DNA from: Collibacillus ludicampi
GTDB taxonomy: Bacteria > Bacillota > Bacilli > Tumebacillales > BOQE01
Length of the DNA stretch: 32,000 nucleotides
Direction: 5' to 3'
NCBI RefSeq assembly: GCF_023705585.1
Contig: NZ_BOQE01000001.1
Location: 337,642 to 369,641, forward strand
The position numbers and the translations under genes are program-made. The notes under the pieces are model-generated. The model had not been told where the DNA came from and made no database searches. It saw only the letters and a program-made list of their open reading frames with translations. Positions 20,162-29,260 of the stretch are shown here, in pieces (position 1 is the stretch's first letter; every line of letters starts with the position of its first letter).

Positions 20162-20521
20162 TTATGAAAGAACTTTGTCCACTTCTTCAGGCTTGAATCC
20201 CACGGTGACCTTATCGCCCGATTGGATGATCGGTCTCTTCACCAACATGCCGTCAGATGCCAAAAGTTCGAGCATTTCTTCTTCCGTCATCGTTTTTAAC
20301 TTGTCTTTCAAACCGAGTTCTCTGTACTTTTGACCACTCGTATTAAAAAATTTGCGTATATCCAATCCGCTTTTCTCGATAAAAGAACGCAACTCCTCTT
20401 TCGTCGGCGGATTTTCTACGATATTTCTCTCCGTATATGAGACATCTTTGCTTTCAAGATACTGTTTCGCTTTCCGACAGGTGCCGCACTTCGGGTATTG
20501 TAGAAAGAGAACTTCACTCAT
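20162..20521 (-). CDS. ArsC/Spx/MgsR family protein
   Basis: FLQYPKCGTCRKAKQYLESKDVSYTERNIVENPPTKEELRSFIEKSG...LLVKRPI-type motif (GMLVKRPIIQSGDKVTVGFKPEE). Confidence 0.9.
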   Translation of the reverse strand: MSEVLFLQYPKCGTCRKAKQYLESKDVSYTERNIVENPPTKEELRSFIEKSGLDIRKFFNTSGQKYRELGLKDKLKTMTEEEMLELLASDGMLVKRPIIQSGDKVTVGFKPEEVDKVLS

Positions 20522-20590
20522 TGTTGTCCCTCCAATCACAGCTTCATCGAAGCAAACATATCAGAAATTGAATGCTGATCATTCCAGTTT

Positions 20591-21769
20591 CTACGCTTTC
20601 AGTTCTTTCACCGCTTTTTCCAGACGCAACATGGCCTCTTCGAGAGTTTTTCGCGAACATGCGAAATTGATGCGTTGAAATCCTTCTCCTTGAGCGCCGA
20701 ACATCATTCCGTCATTCAATCCCAATTTCGCTTTCCGTATGATAAATTCCTTTAATTCTTCCCCTCGAAGCCCTAATTCACGAAAGTCCATCCAACCCAA
20801 GTAGGTTCCCTCCGGAACCTGCATTTTGACTTGAGGAATCCTTTCTCGCAAAAAATTGCTGATATACTCGGCGTTTCCTTTCAAATACAGCAACAGTTCT
20901 TCCAGCCAGTCCTCGCCTTCATTATAAGCGGCAATCAAAGCTTCGATTCCGAACAAATTGATATCTTCCATGCTGGCTTTATGTATCGCCATTTTCAATT
21001 CACGCAAAATCTTTGGATTTTCAGTAAAGGCAATCGAGGTGAATAACCCCGCCAAATTAAATGTCTTACTCACGGAGATAAATGTGATACAATGATTCGA
21101 AATCTCCGGAGAGAGAGAGAAGAGTGGAATATGTTTCCCTTTCTCATACACTAAATCCGAATGTATCTCATCGGAGATGATGATGATATCGTTTTTCATA
21201 CAGATATCGGCCAATTCCAACAACTCATCTCTTTCCCATACTCGTCCCACGGGATTATGAGGGCTGCACAAAATCAGCATCCGTGTTCTTTCATCGATTT
21301 TCTCCCTCAAATCTGCGAAATCCATATAATATCGGCCGTCTTTTTCCATCAACGGATTCTCGACAATTTGACGCCCACGGTTTCGTATCGCACGGAAGAA
21401 CGGATGATAGACTGGCGGTTGTACAACGACTTTGTCCCCCGGATTCGTAAAAGCTTCAATAGCAATATGTATGCCAGGAACAACTCCGGGAACCGTAGCC
21501 ATCCATTCCGGTTGGACATCAACACCAAATCTACGTTTGAGCCAATGGACAGCAGCAGCGTAAAACTCACGCGGCTTACCCGGATACCCGTATATCGGAT
21601 GCTGCGCCCGTTTGATGATCGCTTCCACAACGCATGGCGGACACGGAAAATCCATATCGGCCACCCATAAGGGGAGTACATCTTCCGTACCAAAAATCTT
21701 CTCGCGATAATCCCACTTACTCGAGTTTGTTCCTATACGATCTATCACTTCATCGAAGTTATATTTCAT
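20591..21769 (-). CDS. MalY/PatB family PLP-dependent aminotransferase/cystathionine beta-lyase
   Basis: MKYNFDEVIDRIGTNSSKWDYREKIFGTEDVLPLWVADMDFPCPPCVVEAI...ILCSPHNPVGRVWERDEL...IISDEIHSDLVY...SVSKTFNLAGL. True start 21769 lies inside the longer track ORF. Confidence 0.94.
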   Translation of the reverse strand: MKYNFDEVIDRIGTNSSKWDYREKIFGTEDVLPLWVADMDFPCPPCVVEAIIKRAQHPIYGYPGKPREFYAAAVHWLKRRFGVDVQPEWMATVPGVVPGIHIAIEAFTNPGDKVVVQPPVYHPFFRAIRNRGRQIVENPLMEKDGRYYMDFADLREKIDERTRMLILCSPHNPVGRVWERDELLELADICMKNDIIIISDEIHSDLVYEKGKHIPLFSLSPEISNHCITFISVSKTFNLAGLFTSIAFTENPKILRELKMAIHKASMEDINLFGIEALIAAYNEGEDWLEELLLYLKGNAEYISNFLRERIPQVKMQVPEGTYLGWMDFRELGLRGEELKEFIIRKAKLGLNDGMMFGAQGEGFQRINFACSRKTLEEAMLRLEKAVKELKA

Positions 21770-21959
21770 GATTCTTCCTCCTTTTGCTAACCTATATTCC
21801 TTTCGAGGAGACTGATTCATGAGTCCGAATACTAACAAAATCACATGTATATTTGTTCCATAATTTATGATTTTACTACAAATCATCAACGAGAACAAAA
21901 CAATACTCTCCCGTGTCAAATCATATCTTTCATCCAATATCGTTCTATCTACTCACCCA

Positions 21960-22093
21960 TGGTAATATCTTTCCGGAATGAATCCGGACACGCGACCCAA
22001 ATGGGAATCAGACCGGATACTCCTTTCGTTGTCGGGGCCAGTGATGGAGTTCTTCGCGATCTGGTCGGATCGGTCGACGATCCGTTCACATAA
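21960..22093 (+). pseudogene. Possible FGGY (gluconokinase-like) kinase relic
   Basis: Plus-strand frame encodes ATQMGIRPDTPFVVGASDGVLRDLVGSVDDPFT, resembling the conserved GIP..TPFVIGASDGVLSNLG segment of gluconokinase-type FGGY kinases, with nothing kinase-like around it. Confidence 0.4.
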
Positions 22094-22116
22094 AATCCCG
22101 GATGATCCGGGGTTTT
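22093..22116 (+). terminator. Small terminator-like hairpin
   Basis: AAAATCCCGGATGATCCGGGGTTTT; stem CCCGGA/TCCGGG plus T tract. Confidence 0.5.
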
Positions 22117-22158
22117 CGTATCATGAAATCGTTGTATCCCCACTTTCCCTGAGAGCTC

Positions 22159-22187
22159 TTGACGAAGAATCAAAGAGGGAATAAAAT
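22159..22187 (+). promoter_or_regulatory. Predicted sigma-A promoter for the FTR1 gene
   Basis: TTGACG-17 bp-TAAAAT. Confidence 0.6.
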
Positions 22188-22198
22188 ACCATTGTAAT

Positions 22199-22217
22199 GA
22201 AAATGATTCTCATTATT
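22199..22217 (+). promoter_or_regulatory. Fur box
   Basis: GAAAATGATTCTCATTATT closely matches the 19-bp Fur consensus GATAATGATWATCATTATC, just downstream of the predicted -10. Confidence 0.85.
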
Positions 22218-22236
22218 AATAAAGGGGATGAAATCT

Positions 22237-23202
22237 ATGTTACGCACATTTCTTAATGCCAAATCAATTCTCGTATGTATAGCAGCATTTCTGGTAGTAG
22301 GTGTCTTCGTCTGGCAGGGCGTTACCGCTCATGGAGCCCCTGATCCCACCGATCAAAACCTGAGTCCAACGGCTGCTATCATAGACACGGGTATTCTTGT
22401 TTTTCGTGAGGGACTTGAGGCCATTTTGGTGTTATCTGCAATTATAGCGAGTCTCGTACGTGCCAAAAGCGATTATTGGAAGCCGATTTCTCTTGGTGCA
22501 GGATTGTCTTTCTTGGCAACACTAGTCACCTGGTTTGTGGTTGTAGGGATCATCAACTTAGTCGGCAGCACCACATCAGAACTCAATATTCAGGCAGCAA
22601 CCGGCCTCCTGGCGAACGTGGTACTGCTTGTGATCATGAACTGGTTCTTTCACAAGATCTACTGGACGGGTTGGATCACCCATCATAACCAAAGGAAGCG
22701 CGAGATCATCGAATCATCGGGTAACGACCAATCGATTACATACAAGGGACTCATTATTCTAGGACTGACATCCATGTACCGTGAAGGGTTCGAAGTTGTA
22801 CTTTTCCTACAGACGATACGGTTGCAGGTCGGCACTCATGCGGTTCTCCTTGGGTCAGCGATTGGTCTGGGCTTAACGATGCTCGTTGCCGTGCTTACCT
22901 TCTTCGCGCATCAACGCCTCCCTTACAAGAAAATGCTCGTAATCACTGGCATCATGCTGGGAGTTGTCCTCTTTGTCATGACTGGAGAGACCGTTCAGGA
23001 GATGCAGCAAGCCGGGTGGATTTCGACAACTCAGATCGACTTAGATATCCCCGATTGGATGGGCTTGTGGTTCTCGGTAATCCCCACTGTTGAAACTCTC
23101 GCGTCACAAGTTTTTGCAGTCATTGTTGTCATCGGCTCGTATTTAGCCTACCAATACTTACATGTGTGGCAACCACGTAAACAAGAAAAATTGTCAAACT
23201 GA
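22237..23202 (+). CDS. FTR1 family high-affinity iron permease
   Basis: FREGLEAILVLSAIIASLV and YREGFEVVLFLQTIRL (paired REGxE motifs); multi-TM. Start at 22228 or 22237. Confidence 0.93.
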   Translation: MLRTFLNAKSILVCIAAFLVVGVFVWQGVTAHGAPDPTDQNLSPTAAIIDTGILVFREGLEAILVLSAIIASLVRAKSDYWKPISLGAGLSFLATLVTWFVVVGIINLVGSTTSELNIQAATGLLANVVLLVIMNWFFHKIYWTGWITHHNQRKREIIESSGNDQSITYKGLIILGLTSMYREGFEVVLFLQTIRLQVGTHAVLLGSAIGLGLTMLVAVLTFFAHQRLPYKKMLVITGIMLGVVLFVMTGETVQEMQQAGWISTTQIDLDIPDWMGLWFSVIPTVETLASQVFAVIVVIGSYLAYQYLHVWQPRKQEKLSN

Positions 23203-23470
23203 ATCTTCTAGATTCTCCTGTACACATAGCTGCATCCGGAATTCCCGGATGCATTCATTGTATTTCTGCACAAGAAAATTTTTCATGTTCTGATTGCCGC
23301 TTGAGCATCATGGGGTAACCATTCGGTTGAATCGTGACTGTTGAACGGTCACCAGTTCAAAATATGTTGAATGCGAGAACTCAATGTTAGGTTTTAGACG
23401 TTAAATCGAGAGTTAGTTGTAAAATTTTTCGAGTTGCATCGCGCTTATACTATGGTACAGTAAGAAAAGA

Positions 23471-23590
23471 ATAGCCGAATCTTCAAATGTGAAGAACGGG
23501 GGACTTTTTTTAGGGGTGAATCTTAAAACTTCGAGTTTTAAGTAGGGTGACTCCTTGACCCGAACCCGTCAACTAACCTCGTAGGCAATT
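23471..23590 (+). promoter_or_regulatory. ydaO/yuaA-type cyclic di-AMP riboswitch
   Basis: ATAGCCGAATCTTC...GAACGGGGGACTTTTTTTAGGGGTGAATCTT...AAGTAGGGTGACTCCTTGACCCGAACCCGTCAACTAACCTCGTAGGC matches recalled ydaO core elements; upstream of a LysM-3D gene. Confidence 0.93.
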
Positions 23591-23613
23591 GATAAAGGAG
23601 AGTTGTACTAGGA

Positions 23614-24249
23614 ATGAAGAAAGTGAAAACAATGTTGTTGTCAACTGTATTGGGACTTTCCATGGCTGGAATTTCTTCCCAAGCCTTCGCAGCCGCACCA
23701 ATGAATTTGCAAACCGGACAAGAAAGTTGGACGTATTCCATCAAAAAAGGAGATACGCTCTGGAAACTCTCTAGAAAATTCCATGTCCCGCTTGCAAATT
23801 TATTGTCCACCAATCCCGGCGTTCGTCCGCGGAATCTGCAAATTGGCGAAAAGATACGAATTCCTTCTCGCACTTCCAAAAAGAATAGTTCCACAAACTC
23901 TCGCGTGGAATCAACTTCTCGGCAAACACTTCCGCATAAAAAGGAATTGTCCATGGTAGCGACCGCTTATACGGCTGCCCCTGGCGAAAACGGAGGATAT
24001 GCAGGTATTGATTACATGGGAAATCCTCTTCATGTAGGAACCGTTGCCGTAGACCCTTCCGTGATCCCGCTTGGATCTACCCTTTATATCACAGGGTACG
24101 ATTTCCCGGGGCTTCCTAAAGGGGGAATGATTGCACATGCAACAGATATCGGCGTGCACGGAAATCGCATCGATATTTTTGTTCCAACGTCCCCGCAACA
24201 AGCAACAAAATTTGGAATGCAAAACATTAAGGTTTATGTATTAAAATAA
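23614..24249 (+). CDS. LysM domain + 3D domain cell-wall protein (YocH-like)
   Basis: Signal peptide, one LysM (YSIKKGDTLWKLSRKFHVPLANLLSTNPGV) and 3D domain (MVATAYTAAPGENGGYAG...VAVDPSVIPLGSTLYI...ATDIGVHGNRIDIFV). Confidence 0.93.
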   Translation: MKKVKTMLLSTVLGLSMAGISSQAFAAAPMNLQTGQESWTYSIKKGDTLWKLSRKFHVPLANLLSTNPGVRPRNLQIGEKIRIPSRTSKKNSSTNSRVESTSRQTLPHKKELSMVATAYTAAPGENGGYAGIDYMGNPLHVGTVAVDPSVIPLGSTLYITGYDFPGLPKGGMIAHATDIGVHGNRIDIFVPTSPQQATKFGMQNIKVYVLK

Positions 24250-24278
24250 GAAGGTCGTTGTACCTTCTTATTTTTTTT
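24247..24278 (+). terminator. Rho-independent terminator
   Basis: TAAGAAGGT-cgttgt-ACCTTCTTA-TTTTTTTT. Confidence 0.92.
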
Positions 24279-24286
24279 ATCCCCAC

Positions 24287-25312
24287 TCAATCAACCCCAG
24301 CGCGTAGGAATCCGCACGACTCCCGAACAATCAGCTGGCAATCCATGATATGAACCGTACAGTGTTTCGAGTGTGGATTTTCGATCTTATTAAGAAGTAA
24401 TTCAGCGCTTTTCACACCCATATCATAGGTTTGCTGAACCACGGTCGTAAGCGGTGGCTCAAGAAGTTGCAGCCAAGGGGAATCATCGAATCCAATAACG
24501 GCTATATCGCTCGGTATATTCACCTTTTCTTCTTTGAGGACTTTTAGAGTTTCTATTGTGGTCAAATCATTAGTACAGAAGAGGGCCGTTGGCGGAACGG
24601 GCAAGTGTAACAGTTCCAAAATGATCTTTCTTGTATCCGAAATCTTATCAACAAATTTGATATATTGTTCTTGAATCTCGATGTGATGCTGGCTCAATGC
24701 TCGTAGATACCCTTCGTACCGTTCTTTTCTTTGTGATAATTTTTTGATGGCCGGTGAGAAGAGCGCAATCGATCGATGTCCCAGTTTGATGAAATGTGAG
24801 ATCGCATCAACAGAAGCCTTGACGTTGTTTGAAAATACTCCATCCGCTTCAATTCCATCTAATTTGCGATCAACCAGGACGAGTGGAAAGCCTCCCTCAA
24901 CCAGTTTTTTTAATAGGTCATTATTTTCATTCGTAGATGCAAGGATCAAACCGTCTACTTGCTTGGCAAGTAACATTTCGATATATTCACGTTCCTTAAC
25001 AGGATTGTCATCAGCATTACATACAATGACGTTGAAGCCGTGTTTATTGCAGTAATCTTCGATCCCTCTGCTTATCGCAGTTGAAAAATAGTGCAGAATA
25101 TTGGCTACTATAACTCCGATCGTATGGGTCTTCTTTACTTTTAGGCTTCTCGCTACAACATTTCGCTGATAGCCTGTTTCTTTGATCGCTTGTTCAATTC
25201 TTTGACGAGTTTCAATGCTCATATATTCATAACGTTTATTGAGGTACTGTGATACGGTGCTTTTCGATACTCCTGCCAGTTTTGCTACATCCTCCATCTT
25301 GACCCGCGCCAT
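24287..25312 (-). CDS. LacI family transcriptional regulator (likely KdgR-like)
   Basis: VKMEDVAKLAGVSKSTVSQYLNKRYEYMSIETRQRIEQAIKETGYQRNVVARSLK helix-turn-helix plus periplasmic-binding-like domain; adjacent to kdgA/kdgK. Confidence 0.93.
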   Translation of the reverse strand: MARVKMEDVAKLAGVSKSTVSQYLNKRYEYMSIETRQRIEQAIKETGYQRNVVARSLKVKKTHTIGVIVANILHYFSTAISRGIEDYCNKHGFNVIVCNADDNPVKEREYIEMLLAKQVDGLILASTNENNDLLKKLVEGGFPLVLVDRKLDGIEADGVFSNNVKASVDAISHFIKLGHRSIALFSPAIKKLSQRKERYEGYLRALSQHHIEIQEQYIKFVDKISDTRKIILELLHLPVPPTALFCTNDLTTIETLKVLKEEKVNIPSDIAVIGFDDSPWLQLLEPPLTTVVQQTYDMGVKSAELLLNKIENPHSKHCTVHIMDCQLIVRESCGFLRAGVD

Positions 25313-25359
25313 ACGCCTCCCCTCCTATTCATCAAACATACATGATATTTCATCCTCTT

Positions 25360-26019
25360 TCATCTTTGTAATTGTGCCAATGCTTCTTGTGCCTTGCACT
25401 TGACTTGATCCGCTGTCCCTTTTGTAAGTGCTCCTCCCATCCCAACAGCCACAGCGCCGGCGGCAAACCAATCATTCATGTCGGCAATGGAAATTCCACC
25501 GGTCGGCATAAACGATACCTGGGGAAACGGTTCTCTCAATCCTCTGAGATAACCAGGCCCCAAGACGTTCGCAGGAAACAGTTTCATCAAACGGTGACCT
25601 TGTGCCAAGGCAGCCATAATATCTGTAGGAGTGAGCACTCCAGGAATATACGGAACATTTGCATCCTTGGCCGCCATATCGACATCGAACGAGTATCCGG
25701 GGCTCACCAAAAAACGTGCACCGGCTGTTATTGCCTCTTGAACCTGTTGCGCGGTTACCACTGTACCAGCACCAACATGACAACCTTTACGTTTTACTAA
25801 GTATTGAATGACATCCCCGGCATTCGGGACAGTAAATGTCACCTCTATGCACGTAATACCCGCTTCAATTAAAGCATCCGCTTTTTCAATCGCGTCCTCG
25901 GCTGTCTCTGCTCGAAGAACCGCAACCAACGGATGATCAGCGAGAGTAGATCTGAATGATTCAGTTTCTTCATGGTTCTCGGGATTATGATTCCGATTAT
26001 CTTTCTGATCGCACATCAT
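25360..26019 (-). CDS. kdgA: Bifunctional 2-keto-4-hydroxyglutarate/2-keto-3-deoxy-6-phosphogluconate aldolase
   Basis: VLRAETAEDAIEKADALIEAGITCIEVTFTVPNA...GAGTVVTAQQVQEAITAGARFLVSPG...FPANVLGPGYLRGLREPFPQVSFMPTGGI. Confidence 0.92.
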   Translation of the reverse strand: MMCDQKDNRNHNPENHEETESFRSTLADHPLVAVLRAETAEDAIEKADALIEAGITCIEVTFTVPNAGDVIQYLVKRKGCHVGAGTVVTAQQVQEAITAGARFLVSPGYSFDVDMAAKDANVPYIPGVLTPTDIMAALAQGHRLMKLFPANVLGPGYLRGLREPFPQVSFMPTGGISIADMNDWFAAGAVAVGMGGALTKGTADQVKCKAQEALAQLQR

Positions 26020-26030
26020 TCGATTCCCCT

Positions 26031-26987
26031 TTATCTTGTATTTGTCCGTTGATCCTGCATAAATGATTCGAGTTCATCACGCGTCGGTAACCCATCCATA
26101 TCACCGGGAGACATCACTGCCAGTGCACCGATCGCATTGGCCCGTGATACAATCTCCGTCAACGATAAGCCATCCAAAATTCCACTGATTATACCTACAG
26201 CGAACCCGTCTCCAGCACCAACTGTATCGATCACCCGTTCTACACGATAACCGGGAACCATCTCCTCTTCCTTTTCAGTCCTATAGTAAGCCCCTTCCGA
26301 GCCCAATTTCACAACAACAAGCTTCACGCCCTGATCCAAATAGAAAGCCGCAATATCTCGCGGTTGAGTATATCCCGTAAGAATTTCACCTTCCGAAATT
26401 CCCGGCAATACAATGTCTGCTTGCATGGCAAACTCGTTAATGACTTGGATCATTTCTTTTTCACTGTTCCATAACTGTGGGCGAAGGTTGGGATCAAATG
26501 AAACGGTTCGTTGCATCGACTTCATCAAACATAGAACATTTTTGGAAAAATCCCTCGCCGTAGTTGATAGAGCCGGAGGAATTCCCGTCATATGCAAATG
26601 GGAAGCACGAGAAAAATAATCGGGCACAACGTCTTCCGACCCTAGCTTGCTCGCGGCAGACCCTTTCCGAAAATACTCGACTTGAGGATCCCCTGATTCT
26701 ACTTTGGACTTCAACAGAAAACCTGTGGGGTTGTAAGGATCCATCTGTACATGGGAGGTATCGACACCTTCAGCTTTCAACGTTTCGATGATAAACCTTC
26801 CAAACGAATCATTTCCAACCTTACTCACCCATCCGACTTTATATCCTAAACGAGATAAACCTACAGCAACATTTGTTTCGGCTCCCGCTAAACCGCGCGT
26901 AAAATGGGTAACCCGATCTAACTCGCCCGTCTGATCCGCAATGAACATCGCCATGGCTTCTCCAAATGTCAGTACATCGAATGACAT
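26031..26987 (-). CDS. kdgK: PfkB family sugar kinase, likely 2-dehydro-3-deoxygluconokinase
   Basis: VLTFGEAMAMFIAD...RGLAGAETNVAVGLSRLGYKVGWVSKVGNDSFGRFI...VIDTVGAGDGFAVGIISGIL. Confidence 0.9.
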   Translation of the reverse strand: MSFDVLTFGEAMAMFIADQTGELDRVTHFTRGLAGAETNVAVGLSRLGYKVGWVSKVGNDSFGRFIIETLKAEGVDTSHVQMDPYNPTGFLLKSKVESGDPQVEYFRKGSAASKLGSEDVVPDYFSRASHLHMTGIPPALSTTARDFSKNVLCLMKSMQRTVSFDPNLRPQLWNSEKEMIQVINEFAMQADIVLPGISEGEILTGYTQPRDIAAFYLDQGVKLVVVKLGSEGAYYRTEKEEEMVPGYRVERVIDTVGAGDGFAVGIISGILDGLSLTEIVSRANAIGALAVMSPGDMDGLPTRDELESFMQDQRTNTR

Positions 26988-27127
26988 CCTAAAAACACCT
27001 CCATATTGAAAATAATGGGCAAGGAAAAACTCTCACCGAGAAGGCCAAGTATCCAAAGTTCTTTGAATAAACCGATTTAGTTGCATAAAAAAATAAATAC
27101 TTTTTCGTCTTCTATTTTGAGTTTTAT

Positions 27128-27157
27128 TATAAACCGGTTTATGTAAAAATGTAAACG
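27128..27157 (-). promoter_or_regulatory. Promoter with overlapping palindromic LacI-type operator for the kdg operon
   Basis: Minus strand TTTACA-18 bp-TATAAT with perfect 14-bp palindrome ATAAACCGGTTTAT (27131-27144) overlapping spacer and -10. Confidence 0.75.
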
Positions 27158-27220
27158 GTATCGTTCCGTCATCGTGAGGATTGCATTAGATGAGAAGGGC
27201 CCTGACGTCAATTTGAGACA

Positions 27221-27256
27221 TAAAAAAGACCTCTCCTAGTTTACCATCGAGAGGTC
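27221..27256 (-). terminator. Rho-independent terminator of the mtn operon
   Basis: Minus strand GACCTCTC...GAGAGGTC followed by TTTTTTA. Confidence 0.88.
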
Positions 27257-27324
27257 CGTAATACTTTTTCAGTCGAATCTTTCACCCGAATGGACGCAAG
27301 CTTTTTACTCATGCGTCCGCTCGA

Positions 27325-27852
27325 TTAAGCCGTCGCTTCCTCGTAAATCGCTGCCCAGCCTTCCGTAGATTCGAAAATGCGGATACATTTAATTTTTCTG
27401 TCATCCATCAACGTAAACCAATGACGTGTACCCGCCGGGACAGAAATCAAATCGCCCGGTTCCAGTTCGACATCAAAGTAGGTGCCATCTTTGCCTTTGA
27501 TCGCGAAAATCCCGTGACCGTCAACGACAAAACGAACTTCATCTTCTGTGTGATGGTGTTCCGCTTTAAACTTGTCGAGCAACGCGTCCAGGTTGGGAGT
27601 GGCATCCGACAGAACAACGATATCCTGGGAACGATATCCCCGTTTCGCGGACAAAGCGGCGATCTCATCTTTGTAGAGATCGATAATCGATTGTTTCTGT
27701 TCGTCGGTTAACGCATATTCCTCTTTCAACTCTCCTTGTACGCGCGAGATGTCCCAAGTTTCGTAAACAATCCCCTGCTTCGCCAAGTAGGCAGCCACTT
27801 TTTCTTTTCCTTCGATGCGTTCATTCGTTTCATGAATACGAATCGCTGTCAT
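27325..27852 (-). CDS. mtnD: Acireductone dioxygenase
   Basis: Cupin motifs KFKAEHHHTEDEVRFVVDGHGIFAI...GDLISVPAGTRHWFTL. Confidence 0.95.
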   Translation of the reverse strand: MTAIRIHETNERIEGKEKVAAYLAKQGIVYETWDISRVQGELKEEYALTDEQKQSIIDLYKDEIAALSAKRGYRSQDIVVLSDATPNLDALLDKFKAEHHHTEDEVRFVVDGHGIFAIKGKDGTYFDVELEPGDLISVPAGTRHWFTLMDDRKIKCIRIFESTEGWAAIYEEATA

Positions 27853-27896
27853 TTGACAAGCCTCCCTATTCCAATTATTTGATATATACTTAATTT

Positions 27897-28586
27897 TTAC
27901 AACAAACCAATTGAAACGTTCGCAACCTTAGCAGGTTCGACCGCTTGCAAAGTCCTCACATACCCTAACCATAAGAAGTGATACTGGAACATAAACTCGA
28001 ACGCTTCTACATGACGCTTCGCGGAAAAAGAATCTTCTCCCCATGCATAAATGCCGTGCTTACGGATCAAAACACCCGGAACTTGCGGATGGATCCGCTT
28101 GCCGATCTCTTCCGCAAGACGTGGGATGTCCGCATAGTTCTCAATGATGGGAATCTCGATCGCAGCCCCTTCCTCCCAGATATTCAACCCTTTAATCAGT
28201 TCCATATCAGAGAGTACGACCGATTTTTCTTCCGCATAGATCTCGGAAATCAGGTTGTTGTAGACCGTGTGCACATGCAACACAGAACCTGCCCCTGTGA
28301 GTTGATAGATTTTTGCATGGATCAAGGTCTCAGCTGACGGTTTTAAACGGGTAGGCTCAATGGGCGAACAATCTTCTTTAACAAAAACGATATCTTCCAA
28401 TTGCAGATTTTCTTTATCACGGCCGCTTGCAGTAACGCCGAACACGAGCGGGTCATGGCAGAGACTGATAGAAAGATTGCCTGATGTGGCAGGAAGCCAG
28501 CCTTTTTGGCTGAAATTGTGCGCAATCTCATTCAATTCCTTAACCACCCGTATGCGATCTTCCTGATAAAAAAGATACTGGCTCAT
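27897..28586 (-). CDS. mtnB: Methylthioribulose-1-phosphate dehydratase
   Basis: Class II aldolase fold: GWLPATSGNLSISL...VLHVHTVYNNLIS...GVLIRKHGIYAWG; operon context. Confidence 0.94.
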   Translation of the reverse strand: MSQYLFYQEDRIRVVKELNEIAHNFSQKGWLPATSGNLSISLCHDPLVFGVTASGRDKENLQLEDIVFVKEDCSPIEPTRLKPSAETLIHAKIYQLTGAGSVLHVHTVYNNLISEIYAEEKSVVLSDMELIKGLNIWEEGAAIEIPIIENYADIPRLAEEIGKRIHPQVPGVLIRKHGIYAWGEDSFSAKRHVEAFEFMFQYHFLWLGYVRTLQAVEPAKVANVSIGLL

Positions 28587-29260
28587 CGCGCAACCTCCTT
28601 ACATTCTTCTTCCCATTGCTTCAACGTTTCGATCACATCAATAAATGTGTGAAAAGGAGTATGGGGTATAGCGGATTCTCGGCATTTTTCCAACAACAGC
28701 GATCGAGCAAACACATGATCAGCCATCTGTGCAGCCTTCCAGTCGGTGATGCTGTCACCGATGACGATCCGTTTCGCATCATTTGCCCCGTATCTGCGGA
28801 GGATGGCCGGTTTGCAAAGTCCACATCCCCCATCGCAATGTTCGTCACATCCATACGGCCACAGGATGCGAATCGTTTCCCCTGAAAAATCGGATCCATT
28901 GCAAAAGATTCTATTTTCATCCACATACGGCGACAGGATCGGCTTGACGAAAAAATCGATGCCTCCGGAAGTCACCAGAAATAGAATCCCTTCCTGCCGA
29001 CAATACTGTAACAATTCTTTGAATCCGGAACGAATCTTCGCTGTCTTCTGAGCATATTTGACGATTTGTTCTTTTTCCTCACTGGGAATCTGTGCAAACA
29101 TTTGTCCGACTCCGCTCTCCACCGAGATTCGCCCCGCCAGTACGTCCTCTTTCAGCATTTCCCACCCAGGACGCCCAAACTTTTCCATAATCGAGATGAT
29201 CATATCCCGTTCTGTTATCGTGCCGTCAAAATCGCAAAAGATCATCCATTTTTTTCTCAT
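28583..29260 (-). CDS. mtnX: 2-hydroxy-3-keto-5-methylthiopentenyl-1-phosphate phosphatase
   Basis: HAD motif MIFCDFDGTITERDMIISIM...; operon context; start at 29260 or 29263. Confidence 0.93.
   Translation of the reverse strand: MRKKWMIFCDFDGTITERDMIISIMEKFGRPGWEMLKEDVLAGRISVESGVGQMFAQIPSEEKEQIVKYAQKTAKIRSGFKELLQYCRQEGILFLVTSGGIDFFVKPILSPYVDENRIFCNGSDFSGETIRILWPYGCDEHCDGGCGLCKPAILRRYGANDAKRIVIGDSITDWKAAQMADHVFARSLLLEKCRESAIPHTPFHTFIDVIETLKQWEEECKEVAR

Noticed and set aside
23228-23255. Hairpin GCATCCGGAATTCCCGGATGC after the FTR1 gene
   Set aside because: Possible terminator, but with no convincing T tract; left unannotated.
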